A stretch of DNA of 40,638 bases, taken from contig LJUI01000046.1 of NCBI GenBank assembly GCA_001303705.1, positions 1 to 40,638 on the forward strand, written 5' to 3'. The notes below the pieces were generated by a model. The model was not told the origin of the DNA. It did not search any database and saw only the letters and a program-made list of their open reading frames with translations. The translations under genes and the position numbers were made by a program. Of this stretch, positions 1-9,483 are shown piece after piece (within the stretch, counting starts at the first letter, position 1; every line of letters begins with the position of its first letter). This stretch comes from a candidate division TA06 bacterium SM23_40 (GTDB lineage Bacteria; LJUI01; SM1-40).

Positions 1-1
1 G

Positions 2-358
2 GGCGCGACGGCAACCGTCAAGGGCGTCACGGTGATGTCAAGCCGGGTGGACGTGGAGAGTAAAGAGATCATGCGGGAGATGGCGGATGCGATGAGACGC
101 GAGCATCCCGAGGCGATGGCTGGAGTGCTGGGCGCTCTGATCGAAGGGAAGGCGGTTTTTGTAGCGTTCGTAAGTGAGGATCTGGTGAAGGCGGGGAGGC
201 TCAGGGCAGGCGACATCGCGCGGGAGGTGGCGAAGATCGCCGGAGGTGGTGGGGGAGGCAAGCCTCATCTCGCCGAGGCCGGCGGAAAGGATGGAGTGAA
301 ACTCGACGCGGCGCTGAAAGCGGTGCCCAGGGTGATCGGTGAACTCATCGGCGACTGA
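2..358 (+). CDS. alaS: Alanine--tRNA ligase, C-terminal DHHA1/C-Ala domain (5'-truncated by window)
   Basis: Frame open from the window edge; ends with AGDIAREVAKIAGGGGGGKPHLAEAGGKD, the typical AlaRS C-terminal GGxGGG-P-xA-AGG motif. Confidence 0.9.
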   Translation, partial: GATATVKGVTVMSSRVDVESKEIMREMADAMRREHPEAMAGVLGALIEGKAVFVAFVSEDLVKAGRLRAGDIAREVAKIAGGGGGGKPHLAEAGGKDGVKLDAALKAVPRVIGELIGD

Positions 359-673
359 CGGGCCGCGCCCGATGGCCGGCTGCATCAGGCCCGTGATGGA
401 GTCCGGAATATGCGCCGGCAGGTTGGGACTGTCATCCCGATGGGACTCGACATCCTCGAATGGGTCGCCGCGGGGCAGTTCCGAGCGTGGCGCCCGGTCC
501 TATCGACTCCGGGACAGGGCACCTGCGCCGAGGGGGCCGGACCTCGGAGAGATCGGGCAGCGGGGACTGTACACCATTGAGCGGATCGTGATCCAGTATA
601 TCGGGAGCCTCGGTTGACTGCTGAGCGTTATCGCCCGGCAGCGATGGAGATTCGGCAGAAGGAAGGCGGAGAT

Positions 674-1765
674 ATGGGGGCGATCAGAAGAAAAGAGACG
701 AATCGAAGCACGAATGTCAGATATTCGTTTCTGAAGATTTTGACGGGATCGGATCTGTCGCGCAGACGCCTGCCCTTCATGGCAGCGGAGAGTTCCCGGC
801 CGGGTCCCGTCCTCTGGGTGACTGCCTGTGGTCATGGTGATGAAGTGGGAGGCGCCGTCATCATCCAGGAGATCTTCAAGAGAATACGTCGGTCAGGCCT
901 GTCGAGAGGTTCTCTCTATTCGTTTCCCCTGATGAATCCAATCGGGTTCGAGACCAGTTCTCGGAACATCACCCTCACGAAAGAGGACCTCAATCGATCT
1001 TTCCCGGGAAACGTGAGCGGATCTCTGGGTGAGAGAATAGCAGATAAGATATTCACGTCCATTATGCAGACGAATCCTGCGCTCGTCGTAGATCTCCACA
1101 ATGACTGGATACGATCCATCCCCTACACCGTCATTGATCCTGAGTCGGACATTCAACGCGAACAGGTGTGTGAGAAGGCCAGAAGCTTCGCCGGCAAGAC
1201 GGGGCTCCTGATCGTCCGCGAGACCGACGGGCTGGAAGGAGCCTTGACCTACAACTTGCTCAAGAACGACGTGCCGGCACTCACACTCGAACTGGGGGAG
1301 TCCTTCGTTGTCAACGAGAAGAATATCCAATATGGAATCGAATCCCTCGGGAATATTCTATCTGATCTGGAAATGATGGAGCCGGGGGACGAGCCTTTTG
1401 CATATCCACTGCCAGAAGCATATGAGGGGAGGATCTTGGCATATTCTGATAGACCTCTCTGTTCTACGAGTGGCATTATCAGATTCCGGGCTAAACCGGG
1501 CGACCTCGTCAAGGCGAGACAGCCGATAGCTAAAATATACAATGCCTTCGGGAGATTGCAGGAGACAGTCCTCGCTCTCAGCGATGGTATTGTCCTGGGG
1601 CACTCCGATTCATCGGTGGCCTTCCCGGGTATGCCAGTCATGGCGTTCGGCGTTCCGAGGGAGCATCTTCGGACACAGGACGATGCGAAACGGGTTGGGG
1701 GTGAGAGGAGAACGGCTGAACGACATATCGGTGGGGCGAAGAGAGGTCGTCCTCGGACAGGTTGA
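674..1765 (+). CDS. Succinylglutamate desuccinylase/aspartoacylase family (M14-like Zn peptidase/deacylase)
   Basis: Motifs ACGHGDEVGG, DLNRSFPG, VDLHND, LTLELGE and a C-terminal barrel-sandwich segment (GIIRFRAKPGDLV). ATG 674 follows a purine-rich RBS. Confidence 0.88.
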   Translation: MGAIRRKETNRSTNVRYSFLKILTGSDLSRRRLPFMAAESSRPGPVLWVTACGHGDEVGGAVIIQEIFKRIRRSGLSRGSLYSFPLMNPIGFETSSRNITLTKEDLNRSFPGNVSGSLGERIADKIFTSIMQTNPALVVDLHNDWIRSIPYTVIDPESDIQREQVCEKARSFAGKTGLLIVRETDGLEGALTYNLLKNDVPALTLELGESFVVNEKNIQYGIESLGNILSDLEMMEPGDEPFAYPLPEAYEGRILAYSDRPLCSTSGIIRFRAKPGDLVKARQPIAKIYNAFGRLQETVLALSDGIVLGHSDSSVAFPGMPVMAFGVPREHLRTQDDAKRVGGERRTAERHIGGAKRGRPRTG

Positions 1766-1792
1766 CACGATAGCCATCAACCGCGGTAGGAT
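1762..1792 (+). promoter_or_regulatory. Possible sigma70 promoter for the methyltransferase-ATP-grasp gene
   Basis: TTGACA (1762-1767), 19 nt, TAGGAT (1787-1792); the spacer is long. Confidence 0.35.
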
Positions 1793-1978
1793 AGCGGTGA
1801 GGTTGAGTTCACAGATCGCAGAGGAGTGGGGTGTTCGGCGAGGCATACTCTCTGGAATCGTGTTGCGGTAGACTCCCGCTGGCTGAAACGAAGAACGAGG
1901 GAACAAAGAACGGAGTTCGGGCGTTGCGGATTTCGTCCTCAGTGCAGAGGGCGCGCATCTGACGGCAGGGGGAGGGAG

Positions 1979-3958
1979 ATGAAGGAAGAGACACCGAGAA
2001 ACAGGCGTTCCCAGAAGGCGAAGGCTCCCTCAGCGGCGACGAAATCACTGGGGCCTGTTTCGAGCCTGGAAGAGCATGTGCACGCCGATTGGTGGCGGCG
2101 GATTTTTGGCTCAGTCTACCTGAAGACGGACGCCGATGTGATCGACGATCAGCGGATCACCGCGAAGGAGGTCGACCTCTTCGGAGAGATACTGAAGCTG
2201 ACTCCCGAAGATAGGGTCCTCGATCTGTGCTGCGGCCAGGGACGGCACAGCCTCGAGCTCGTGAGAAGGGGGGTGCGGAACGTCGAGGGTCTGGATCGCT
2301 CCCACTACCTCATTCAGAAGGCGAGATCGCAGGCCAGGAAGGAAGGACTGACCATCAGATTCAGGGAAGGAGACGCGAGAAAACTCCCGTACCCTGCCGA
2401 CACGTTCAGTGCCGTGATGATTCTGGGAAACAGCTTCGGCTATTTCGAGACTGCCCAGGACGATATGCGGGTCCTGAGGGAGGTTCAGAAAGTCCTCAAA
2501 CCCTGGGGGCGCGTTCTCATCGATGTCGCCGACGGGAAATACCTGAGGCGGGAGTTCCAGCCCCGGTCGTGGGAATGGATCGACAAGAAGCAGTTCGTCT
2601 GCCGGGAGCGCTGCCTGTCAGTGGATGGGCAGCGGCTCATCTCACGAGAGGTCGTGACTCACGTGGAAAAAGGTGTGGTCGCGGACCACTTCTACGCTGA
2701 GAGACTCTACAGTCGTCAGAGCTTGACCGAGCTGCTGGAAGCGGCTGGCTTCAGCGACGTAACGTTCCATGGAGAGATCTCGCCCGAGTCCGAGCGGAAC
2801 CAGGATCTGGGGATGATGGAGCGGCGGATTGTCGCGACTGCCGTGGTGAGAAAGGAATGGTCGCCTGTGAGGCGCAGGAAAGAGCAAGCAAGCCATATCG
2901 TCGTGGTGCTCGGCGACCCCACGAAGCCCGATCTGCTGAAGCCGTCGAAGGTCTTCGACGAAGATGACATCTACACGATCGATCAGCTGAAGAGCGCTCT
3001 TCGAGATATGCAGGACTATCAGTTCACGTATCTGGATAACCACGACACGTTGATCCAGGATCTGTTAAGGGCGAAGCCGAAGATCGATATGGTCTTCAAT
3101 CTCTGCGATGAGGGTTTCAGCAATGACGCCACGAGGGAGCTTCATGTGCCTTCCTTGCTCGAAGTTCTGGGAATCCCGTACACGGGTGCCGGCCCGCAGT
3201 GTCTCGCGTACTGCTACGACAAATCGCTCGTCCGGGGAATCGCGAAGGAGATGGAGATCCCTGTTCCGGAGGCGTTCTTCATCAAGCCTGAAGACAAGGC
3301 ATTCGAGCTTCCCTTTGCGTTTCCTGTGATCGTCAAGCCGAATGTCGGCGACTCCAGCTTCGGGATAACGCAGAGGAGTGTTTGCCACAGTATCGAGCAG
3401 CTCGTCGACGCCATCTCAGAGATACGAGAGAGATTCGGCTACGAGAAGCCGATCCTGGTTGAGGAGTTCCTGACCGGAAAGGACCTGAGCCTCGGCATCA
3501 TCGGGAACCCGCCCGAGTCGTACAGGACCCTTCCGATCATCGAGGAAGACTATTCGACGCTTCCCCCCGAACTCCCTCGAATATGCGGGTACGAGGCGAA
3601 GTGGATGCCGGATTCGCCGTACTGGAAGATACGATCGATACCCGCGGAGCTGCCGGATGAGACCGAGAAGCTCATCATCGAGTGGTGTCTCAAGCTCTTC
3701 GAGCGACTTGAGTGCAGGGATTACTGCCGATTCGACTGGAGGCTGGATGGGGCCGGCAACCCGAAGCTGCTCGAGGTGAATCCCAACCCTGGATGGTGTT
3801 GGGACGGGCATCTGGCGAAGATGGCGAAAACGGTGGATATCCCCTATGCGGAGATGCTGGATGGCATACTGCGGGCGGCCGAGCAGCGATTGAGACTGCA
3901 GTCATCGCGCGGGGAGAGGGAGGAGAATGCCGCTGCAGATCCGCCGATATCGACATAG
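1979..3958 (+). CDS. Class I SAM methyltransferase fused to a D-Ala-D-Ala-ligase-like ATP-grasp domain
   Basis: N half: VLDLCCGQGRH, EGDARKLP, LKPWGRVLID. C half: VFNLCDEG, GIPYTG, DKSLVR, FPVIVKP..GDSSFGI, LVEEFLTG, YCRFDWR, LLEVNPNPG. GGAGGGAG directly precedes ATG 1979. Confidence 0.9.
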   Translation: MKEETPRNRRSQKAKAPSAATKSLGPVSSLEEHVHADWWRRIFGSVYLKTDADVIDDQRITAKEVDLFGEILKLTPEDRVLDLCCGQGRHSLELVRRGVRNVEGLDRSHYLIQKARSQARKEGLTIRFREGDARKLPYPADTFSAVMILGNSFGYFETAQDDMRVLREVQKVLKPWGRVLIDVADGKYLRREFQPRSWEWIDKKQFVCRERCLSVDGQRLISREVVTHVEKGVVADHFYAERLYSRQSLTELLEAAGFSDVTFHGEISPESERNQDLGMMERRIVATAVVRKEWSPVRRRKEQASHIVVVLGDPTKPDLLKPSKVFDEDDIYTIDQLKSALRDMQDYQFTYLDNHDTLIQDLLRAKPKIDMVFNLCDEGFSNDATRELHVPSLLEVLGIPYTGAGPQCLAYCYDKSLVRGIAKEMEIPVPEAFFIKPEDKAFELPFAFPVIVKPNVGDSSFGITQRSVCHSIEQLVDAISEIRERFGYEKPILVEEFLTGKDLSLGIIGNPPESYRTLPIIEEDYSTLPPELPRICGYEAKWMPDSPYWKIRSIPAELPDETEKLIIEWCLKLFERLECRDYCRFDWRLDGAGNPKLLEVNPNPGWCWDGHLAKMAKTVDIPYAEMLDGILRAAEQRLRLQSSRGEREENAAADPPIST

Positions 3959-4076
3959 GGAGGGTCTCTCTCGGAGCTGACGTCTTCTCCCGGAGCCGGG
4001 CCGATTGCGAGTCGGGGACCAGGTCTCGGTCGCGGTTGGCGCCGCCTTCCGGAAGGAGCGCCTGTATCAGGTAGAG

Positions 4077-4110
4077 CGAGGCGCCGGGATTTCGCGCTCC
4101 CGGCGCCTCG
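4077..4110. terminator. Perfect 13-bp inverted repeat between convergent genes (probable bidirectional terminator)
   Basis: CGAGGCGCCGGGA, 8 nt loop, TCCCGGCGCCTCG; no U tract. Confidence 0.6.
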
Positions 4111-4125
4111 TCGTGCATACAGCGG

Positions 4126-4581
4126 CTATCCTGCCTGGAGCTCGGAGGTGCAGAAAGCGCAGCGGGTGGCCTTGAGGGGAATGGCGGAGAAGCAGTAGGG
4201 GCATTCTCTGGTAGTCGGTTCCTCCGGAGGCGCTTCCTCCTTCCGCTTCAGCCTGTTGAGGTAGCGAATGATGAGGAAGACTGAAAAGGCGATGATCACG
4301 AAACTGATGATCGTGTTTATGAAGACACCATAGTTGATCGTCACGGCGCCGGCTGTCTGGGCGTCGGCGAGAGACGCGTAGGGGCCGGCGGTCGCGCCTT
4401 GTCTCAGTAGCGCGAACATATTGGTGAAGTCGACATTGCCCAGGAGAAGGCCTACCGGCGGCATGATGATGTCCGCGACGAGCGATCTGACGATGGTGCC
4501 AAAGGCGGCGCCGATAATGATACCGACGGCCATGTCCACAACATTGCCGCGTACCGCGAACTCCTTGAACTCTCTGAACAT
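4126..4581 (-). CDS. mscL: Large-conductance mechanosensitive channel with C-terminal zinc ribbon
   Basis: [27 protein letters not shown]...[18 protein letters not shown], followed by CPYC-x10-CAFC. Confidence 0.97.
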   Translation of the reverse strand: MFREFKEFAVRGNVVDMAVGIIIGAAFGTIVRSLVADIIMPPVGLLLGNVDFTNMFALLRQGATAGPYASLADAQTAGAVTINYGVFINTIISFVIIAFSVFLIIRYLNRLKRKEEAPPEEPTTRECPYCFSAIPLKATRCAFCTSELQAG

Positions 4582-4636
4582 TTCCGGATCCCCCTTTCTC
4601 CACCTGCCAGATTGATTTCGCGGTGTGATGCGTGAA

Positions 4637-4665
4637 CTGATAGCAGGTGCGGCCTCGAATGTCAA
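4637..4665 (-). promoter_or_regulatory. Putative sigma70 promoter for mscL
   Basis: Minus strand TTGACA, 17 nt, TATCAG with an extended -10 TG. Confidence 0.5.
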
Positions 4666-5031
4666 GGCGAAAGAATATCGACCCAATCGAGTCTCGAGAT
4701 CCAGGGACGCCGCTGGTGCTCCCGCTGTCCATCGGGGTCCCGTGTATGAATGCCGATCAGAAGTATTGCAGATCGGGATGCATTCGTGCTACCGTGAAGG
4801 CGAGCCGTTTTGAAATGATCGGCGCATTGTCGTAGCCCGCTTGCCTTTGTCGCCGCGCTTCGGATCCTCGTGGCGTTCGACTCTTCATTCCCCGTTCGGT
4901 GGCCGTGGAGAGAGGCGGGCCCGTGAGCAGCGGGGCATGACGCGGGACTTCGGGGAGGAGTGAGTGGCGGGGGCGAGCGCAGCAGCGTCTGTTACTGAGA
5001 GTACTGAGAGGACTGCAGCCGGAGGAATGCT

Positions 5032-6687
5032 ATGAACGGAGAGGTCTTCACGTTCTTTGTCGGGGGGAAAGCAGGAGCCGGTGTGAAGAAAGCAGGATCT
5101 GTCGCAGCACGGCTCTTTTCTCAGATGGGTCGCCGCGTCTTCGAGATGGATGACTACCAGAGCCTCATACGGGGCGGGCACAGTTACTCTGTCATCAGCA
5201 CGGCGACACGGGACGTCACGAGCCACCACATGCAGGGTCATGTTGTCGTAGCCCTGGACAAGAGGAGTTACGACATCCATGCAGGTCATGTGGCTGACGG
5301 GGGGATCCTCGTCTATAACTCTGATCAGGTGGACGATGGCGACGGCATCGGGGTCCCGTTCACAACGGAGGCGAAGAAGTATCCGAAGCCCGATCTGAGG
5401 CTGGGGGTGGGGGCAGTGGTGGCGCTGGCGGTTGCCATCGGGATGGAGAAAGAACGTCTGGGGAACTTGATCGAGAATGAGTACGCAAGAGATGTGGAGA
5501 GCAACCTCAACTATGCCAACGCCGTGTACGACATACTCTACCCCGAGATGGGCGGGAGATTCGCCGTGGAAGAGGGGGATCACGCGCGCCCGCTCCTGAC
5601 GGGGAACGAGGCCATCGCGCTGGGAGCGTCGGCAGCAGGACTGGACGTCTATTTCGCCTATCCCATGACACCTTCGTCGTCCATTCTCCACTACCTCGCC
5701 GCCCACGACAGGGACCTCGGCGTGACGGTCGTTCATCCTGAGAGCGAGATCGCCGTGATCAACATGGCTATCGGTGCTTCATTTGCCGGTGCACGGGCAA
5801 TGGTCGGCAGTAGCGGCGGCGGATTCGCGCTCATGGAGGAGGCGTTCTCTCTCGCGGGCATGGTGGAGGCGCCTCTTCTCTGTGTGCTATCGTCGAGACC
5901 CGGGCCGTCGACAGGTGTGCCCACATATACGGAGCAGGGGGATCTGAGATTCGCGTTGGGCCAGGGGCACGGCGAGTTTCCCGGGATCGCGGGATCACCC
6001 GGGAGCGTAGAAGAGGCATTCTATCTCGCTGCCGAAATGATGGGTCTTGTCTGGCGGTTTCAGACTCCGGGCATTCTTCTCACCGAGAAGCACCTATCCG
6101 AGAGCACGATGACAGTCGAGATCGATCTATCGAGGGTGGAGCAGGCAGAGCCTGAGATGCACGGCCAGGGCGAATACAAGAGGTATCTCGACACGCCTTC
6201 CGGGGTATCGCCGCTCCTCTTCCCTCCATCAGATAAGCTGATCAAATGGAACAGCTATGAGCATGATGAGTTGGGGATTACGACCGAGAAGGCGGAGCTG
6301 ATCGCGAAGATGCACGAAAAGAGGAGAAGGAAGGGCGAGGCGCTGGCGGAGCACATGAGAGGAGTGCGAACCGTCAATGTCTATGGGAAGGGAGGTCCGG
6401 CGATCTTCGCCTACGGCTCGACGACGATGAGTGTCCTGGAGGCGCTGAGGGTCGGTGGCATAGAGGCGACGGTAGTACAGCCGCGGTACCTGGAGCCGCT
6501 CCCGGTCTGGGAACTCGAACGGTACAGGGGCAGCAAGGCCATTGTCGTAGAGCAGAGTTGCCTGGGAACGTTCTCCTCACTGCTTCGGGAGAAGGCCGGT
6601 ATCGAGCCGACGGCGACGGTCAAGCGATACGATGGCAGGCCTTTCGAGCCTGCCGAGCTCGCCGACGCAATAAAGAGGGAGAGTTGA
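5032..6687 (+). CDS. korA: 2-oxoacid:ferredoxin oxidoreductase alpha subunit (gamma-alpha fusion)
   Basis: GGKAGAG, YQSLIRGGHS, GNEAIALGA, YPMTPSS, ESEIAVINMAIGA, RPGPSTGVPT; SD GGAGG. Confidence 0.93.
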   Translation: MNGEVFTFFVGGKAGAGVKKAGSVAARLFSQMGRRVFEMDDYQSLIRGGHSYSVISTATRDVTSHHMQGHVVVALDKRSYDIHAGHVADGGILVYNSDQVDDGDGIGVPFTTEAKKYPKPDLRLGVGAVVALAVAIGMEKERLGNLIENEYARDVESNLNYANAVYDILYPEMGGRFAVEEGDHARPLLTGNEAIALGASAAGLDVYFAYPMTPSSSILHYLAAHDRDLGVTVVHPESEIAVINMAIGASFAGARAMVGSSGGGFALMEEAFSLAGMVEAPLLCVLSSRPGPSTGVPTYTEQGDLRFALGQGHGEFPGIAGSPGSVEEAFYLAAEMMGLVWRFQTPGILLTEKHLSESTMTVEIDLSRVEQAEPEMHGQGEYKRYLDTPSGVSPLLFPPSDKLIKWNSYEHDELGITTEKAELIAKMHEKRRRKGEALAEHMRGVRTVNVYGKGGPAIFAYGSTTMSVLEALRVGGIEATVVQPRYLEPLPVWELERYRGSKAIVVEQSCLGTFSSLLREKAGIEPTATVKRYDGRPFEPAELADAIKRES

Positions 6688-6688
6688 G

Positions 6689-7528
6689 ATGGGTGATCTC
6701 ACGACCTATGCCGAGAATACCTGGTGCCCGGGTTGTGGCAATTTCGGGATACTCAACGCGTTCAAAAGGGCGGTCGGGAGACTGGAGGAGCAGGGGATCG
6801 AGAGACAGAGGATCATGATATCTGCCGGGATCGGCTGCCATGCGAAGATATTCGACTACCTCGAGTTGAGCGGACTCTACTCCATCCACGGGAGATCTAT
6901 GGCGACAGTCCAGGGGATGAAGGTCGCGAACCCGGAATTGAAAGTTGTGGCATTCGCAGGTGATGGTGATGCCTTCGGCGAGGGGATCGCGCATATGATC
7001 TTTGGCGCCAAGCGGAATGCCGACATCACAGTTGTGGTCCATGACAACGGCGTGTACGGATTGACGACAGGGCAGTACACGCCCACGAGTGAGAAAGGAT
7101 TTCGGGGCCGTTCTACTCCGCGAGGGAGCATTGAGGAGCCGCTCAATCCGCTGACCCTGATGCTCGAGGCCGGGGCGACCTTCGTCGCCCGTGGCTATTC
7201 GGGTAAGGTCGACCATCTTGCTGAAGTCATGGTCGACGCCGTTGTCCACGAAGGATTCTCCTTTGTGCAGGTACTCCAGCCCTGTGTGACTTTCCATGAC
7301 ACGTACAAGGAGTACAACGCAAAAGTAGAGATAATGGAAAGCATACCGGCGAGCTTCGAGGATGCTGTCGCTATTGCCAGGTATCGAGATCGCCTGCCTA
7401 TAGGTGTCCTGTACAGGACAGAGAAGCCGGTGTACCATCGGGAGCTGCACGGGGACTGGAATCCTGTCTCCGGGCGCCCGGCCCATGGGGACAGGGTAGA
7501 GAGGATCCGGCGCCTGGTCGCGCCGTGA
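6689..7528 (+). CDS. korB: 2-oxoacid:ferredoxin oxidoreductase beta subunit (TPP-binding)
   Basis: TWCPGCGNFG, GIGC, HGR, GDGD...N TPP motif, YGLTTGQYTPT, QPCVTF; starts immediately after the alpha stop. Confidence 0.94.
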   Translation: MGDLTTYAENTWCPGCGNFGILNAFKRAVGRLEEQGIERQRIMISAGIGCHAKIFDYLELSGLYSIHGRSMATVQGMKVANPELKVVAFAGDGDAFGEGIAHMIFGAKRNADITVVVHDNGVYGLTTGQYTPTSEKGFRGRSTPRGSIEEPLNPLTLMLEAGATFVARGYSGKVDHLAEVMVDAVVHEGFSFVQVLQPCVTFHDTYKEYNAKVEIMESIPASFEDAVAIARYRDRLPIGVLYRTEKPVYHRELHGDWNPVSGRPAHGDRVERIRRLVAP

Positions 7529-7650
7529 GCATCTATGCCTCCGGAGAGTGATGTGAGGGCCGCAGTGGCGCAGTTGCGGCGCGGGATATCACCGGCGGGT
7601 TCCGTTTGTCCTTACGCATCGATCTTCGCGTTGTCCGGGAGGGCGCGGTT

Positions 7651-8076
7651 GTGAAGGCAATCCGGATCCTGTTGCACGGCTTTGTGCTGGCAGTGACAAA
7701 CATCGTTTCGGTCGTAGTGGGATTCGGCGTCTATCACCTCGTGGGGACGGCCGGCCAGATCGCTGTCCAGGTCCCGGTGGCTGCGGCCCTCACTCTGGCG
7801 GCGTTCGTAGTATGGAGCCTCTTCGTGCGGCGGCTTGCTCGCGATAGACTGTCGCTGCGGGTGAGGGATGAGTTCGCTGCAACCTATCTCCTGGCTATCG
7901 TGTGGAGCCCGCTGATATTCGTCCCCCTGCACTATATCGCGCGAGGCTATCTCACATCTTTTGGCAACATAGTGGGGATGTGGTTGTTTCAGCTGCCGGC
8001 CAACTTGTTGGCGCTCTTCGCCGCCATGAAGGTTATGGGCATGGAGGGGGGAGCGATGGCACGCGAGTCGGACTGA
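7651..8076 (+). CDS. Hypothetical membrane protein (about 4 TM helices)
   Basis: Four hydrophobic stretches; GTG 7651 preceded by GGGAGG. Confidence 0.7.
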   Translation: MKAIRILLHGFVLAVTNIVSVVVGFGVYHLVGTAGQIAVQVPVAAALTLAAFVVWSLFVRRLARDRLSLRVRDEFAATYLLAIVWSPLIFVPLHYIARGYLTSFGNIVGMWLFQLPANLLALFAAMKVMGMEGGAMARESD

Positions 8077-8165
8077 CGCACCTTGACGTACCTTATGGGC
8101 GGCTGCAGAAGGGATCTATGGCTGGCATCGGCCGTGAGGTGCTGTGCGGATGGCGGAGGTTCGTC

Positions 8166-8720
8166 GTGAGTACGATACCCCCGAAAGGGTATGGATTGAA
8201 GACCGGCGAGGAGGTCCTCGTGAGAAGCGCTGAGCCCGAGGATGCCTCCGGACTCGTCGATGCGAAGCGAGGGATCGTCGAAGAAGGGCGATTCACGCTC
8301 GTCGAGCCCGACGAATTCGAATCATCTGAACAGGATGAGGAGAAATCGATCAGGGGCCACGCAGAGAAGCCGGGCTGCATCTATCTTGTTGCCGAGGTCG
8401 GCGGTCAGACGATAGGATTGCTCGAGTTCGAGAACGGGCGGTACAGGCGTACCGCTCACAGCGGGATGCTCTCGATGTTCGTCCGCAAAGAATGGCGGGA
8501 CAGGGGGGTGGGGGCCGCCCTGCTCCAGGCCCTCATCGACTGGGCGGAAGAGAGTCCTCTCGTAGAGAAGATCACCCTTGCTGTCTTCTCTACAAATGCG
8601 AGAGCTATCGCACTGTACAGCAAGTTGGGATTCGAGGAAGAGGGTAGATGTCCTAAGGACATGAAGGTGGCTGGTGGCACGTATCTGGACAGCGTGTTGA
8701 TGTACCGGTTTGTCGGCTGA
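8166..8720 (+). CDS. GNAT family N-acetyltransferase
   Basis: VRKEWRDRGVGAALL acetyl-CoA motif and NARAIALYSKLGF; GTG start after GGAGGT. Confidence 0.9.
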   Translation: MSTIPPKGYGLKTGEEVLVRSAEPEDASGLVDAKRGIVEEGRFTLVEPDEFESSEQDEEKSIRGHAEKPGCIYLVAEVGGQTIGLLEFENGRYRRTAHSGMLSMFVRKEWRDRGVGAALLQALIDWAEESPLVEKITLAVFSTNARAIALYSKLGFEEEGRCPKDMKVAGGTYLDSVLMYRFVG

Positions 8721-8799
8721 TCGCCGGCGATCTCGATGGCCGGTCCTGCCCCCACCACGAGGAAGCTGCGGATCCGGGCCCGCGGCGTTGGAGGAGCCG

Positions 8800-9273
8800 A
8801 TGCCCAGCAGCGAGGGAAGCAAAGAGGCAACTGTCAGCGGACAGGGTACGGTTCGGTTGCCGAGGAGGGAGGATGCGTCTCGTGTTGCCGAGCTGTACCA
8901 CCAGCTGGGGTACCGCGTATCCCGGCGCGAGGTGTTGCGACGTCTCGAGGAGATTGAGCAGAACGAGCATCACGTCGGCTTCGTGGCAGAATCGTCGCAC
9001 GGTGAGATCGTAGGCTTCGTCCACGCCTACCTTCGCCTGCTGATAGAGAGCGGGCTGCGTGCAGAGGTTGGGGGGCTGATCGTCGATGAGGAGTATCGGC
9101 GGACCGGGATAGGCCGACTTCTCATGGAGACTGCCGAGCAGTGGGCTCGGGACAGGGGGTGTTGGGCAGTCCATCTCCGGTCCAACGTTGTCCGGGAGGG
9201 GGCTCGCGTCTTCTACGAGAAGATCGGGTACACGGTCATTAAGAAGCAGCAGGTGTTCCAGAAGGTCCTCTGA
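8800..9273 (+). CDS. GNAT family N-acetyltransferase
   Basis: LIVDEEYRRTGIGRLLM and ARVFYEKIGY; SD GGAGGAG. Confidence 0.9.
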   Translation: MPSSEGSKEATVSGQGTVRLPRREDASRVAELYHQLGYRVSRREVLRRLEEIEQNEHHVGFVAESSHGEIVGFVHAYLRLLIESGLRAEVGGLIVDEEYRRTGIGRLLMETAEQWARDRGCWAVHLRSNVVREGARVFYEKIGYTVIKKQQVFQKVL

Positions 9274-9341
9274 AGGGGGGACGAAGACCTCCGCCCCTCA
9301 CGTTCAGCGAGGATGTGAGGTCGTTCTCCGCTGCGTGTCAG

Positions 9342-9392
9342 GGGAGACTGCCGAGTGGGATATGGGATACTGCGCAGTGGAATATGGGAGAC
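9342..9392. repeat. Short imperfect ~22-bp tandem repeat (about 2.5 copies)
   Basis: AGTGGGATATGGGATAC (9354) and AGTGGAATATGGGAGAC (9376), preceded by GGGAGACTGC. Confidence 0.55.
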
Positions 9393-9483
9393 CAGCATAG
9401 GTGCACGGCTCCGGCAGTCACGGCCTCTCGGAGGGAACTGGGGTCGCAGGGATAGGTCATTCTAGAGGATGGGAGGGAAAGAG

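Noticed and set aside
1795-1978. Riboswitch in the long leader
   Set aside because: Some hairpins can form, but I recognise no aptamer consensus or expression platform.
1979-3958. Calling the fusion the peptidoglycan ddl
   Set aside because: D-Ala-binding motifs are absent and there is no mur/fts context.
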